A stretch of 64,000 nt of DNA from an uncultured Actinomycetota bacterium. GTDB lineage: Bacteria; Actinomycetota; Actinomycetes; Propionibacteriales; Nocardioidaceae. The stretch lies in contig CAVZAZ010000019.1 in assembly GCA_963773355.1 (NCBI GenBank), forward strand, positions 282-64,281, in the 5' to 3' direction. The number at the start of each line of letters is the position of its first letter. Within the stretch, counting starts at the first letter, position 1. This document shows positions 61,520 through 64,000 of this stretch, piece after piece. A program made the position numbers and the translations under genes. The notes below the pieces were generated by a model. The model saw only the letters and a program-made list of their open reading frames with translations, did not search any database and had not been told where the DNA came from.

Positions 61520-62176
61520 GTGACCTCGCGTCGACGCATCCCCGAGCCCCCGGAGGGCATCGACTCGGCCAACCGCCGCACGGTCGACTCCTACGAACGG
61601 ATCGCCCGGGAGTACGCGGATGACACCGCTCCTGACTCGTCTGACCCGGCAGAGTTCAGCGGGGAGGGCCTGCGTCGCCTGGTCGACGCCGTGCCGGCCG
61701 GCGGTACTGCGCTCGAGCTGGGCTCGGGACCGGGTTGGGACGCCGACTTCGTCGAGTCGCAGGGTGTCGCGGTGCGGCGGACCGACGTCGCGGCCGCCTT
61801 CATCGACTTCCAGACCGAACGCGGCAAGCACGTCGAGAAGCTCGACGTCACCAGCGACGAACTCGGCGGGCCGTACGACGCGGTGATGGCCCTGGCGGTG
61901 CTGCAACACGTCGACCGGGCCCAGATCCCGGCACTACTGCGCAGAGTTGCCGCGGCGCTGCGGCCCGGTGGGGTCTTCCTGGTCGCGATCCTCGAGGGCG
62001 CCGGTGAGCGCTGGGAGGTCGGCGAGTCGGGCAACCCCTACTTCACCGTGCTCTGGGACGAGGCCGCCTTCCGCACCTTGCTCGGGGACGCCGGGCTCGA
62101 AGTCGAGTGGAGCTTCCCTGACGAAGACCCCGCGGAGAGCCACTGGCTGATGCTCCTGGCGAGGAAGGTGTCCTGA
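61520..62176 (+). CDS. Class I SAM-dependent methyltransferase
   Basis: LELGSGPGWDA, YDAV...VLQH, ALRPGGVF. Confidence 0.82.
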   Translation: MTSRRRIPEPPEGIDSANRRTVDSYERIAREYADDTAPDSSDPAEFSGEGLRRLVDAVPAGGTALELGSGPGWDADFVESQGVAVRRTDVAAAFIDFQTERGKHVEKLDVTSDELGGPYDAVMALAVLQHVDRAQIPALLRRVAAALRPGGVFLVAILEGAGERWEVGESGNPYFTVLWDEAAFRTLLGDAGLEVEWSFPDEDPAESHWLMLLARKVS

Positions 62177-62222
62177 GGACTCCTCAGCGCATTCGGGGAA
62201 CCTCGATTCGGTAGGTCGCGCG

Positions 62223-62288
62223 AAGGCCGATCTCGGCTACCTGTTCCTGCCGCGGGCGTGGGGATACGGGTACGCCGCCGAGGCAACC
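62223..62288 (+). pseudogene. Short remnant of a RimJ/RimL-type GNAT acetyltransferase
   Basis: Translates KADLGYLFLPRAWGYGYAAEAT (acetyl-CoA-binding motif A) with no intact gene around it. Confidence 0.55.
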
Positions 62289-62571
62289 GAACCCGACGAC
62301 AGCTCCACCGTGCACGGGGCATACCGGACAGGCCGCCGAGTGGCTCGCCAGGTCGAAGCACAGATCGGATGATGCCCGTAAACCCAGTGGCTCGTCGGCC
62401 GAAACCCCTCGACGACGTGCGCAGGCCAGGAGCAGAGCGCGTATCGCCGTCCGGCAGCTGAGGGGCTCGAGGACGACCCTCCTGCCCTGTCCAGAAGCCG
62501 TGAGCAGCACTACGCTCACCACCAGCGCTACTCATGGGGACAACCGATCCATCTCTCTCTCTGGAGGAGTC

Positions 62572-64000
<1,429 letters not shown>

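Overview
This is a high-GC actinobacterial chromosomal window (Nocardioides-like gene content) with about 55 protein-coding genes. I found no rRNA, tRNA, CRISPR array, integrase or transposase. In order it holds: a HelD-family helicase (5' truncated); a PhzE/TrpE(G)-like gene, a sulfatase and pabA/pabB; a holin-like/LMW-PTP/fructosamine-kinase/mprAB run; a GntR-amidinotransferase pair; a pat/hisC-like aminotransferase; a CDP-alcohol phosphotransferase/VTT module with a divergent two-component system; efflux genes; a pdhABC-type 2-oxoacid dehydrogenase operon; scy-like/filP coiled-coil genes plus a Ser/Thr kinase; a fused carboxyltransferase; peptidases; paaN; a desA3 desaturase module; acdS; MMPL-hemerythrin; and an accessory stretch with gene remnants. 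The best candidate for an undescribed system is the operon at 43.4-47.0 kb: a TasA/CalY-like fibre subunit, a SipW-type signal peptidase and an unanchored six-Ig-repeat protein whose mature N-terminus resembles that of the TasA-like subunit. Together these suggest an adhesin-tipped donor-strand fibre. Also notable are a MIRU-like 20-codon mini-ORF between pdhA and pdhB, and a palindromic element inside pabB. Many genes are frameshifted in clusters, most likely from sequencing/assembly indels, so their boundaries are approximate. All family assignments come from motif recognition by eye; no database search was run.
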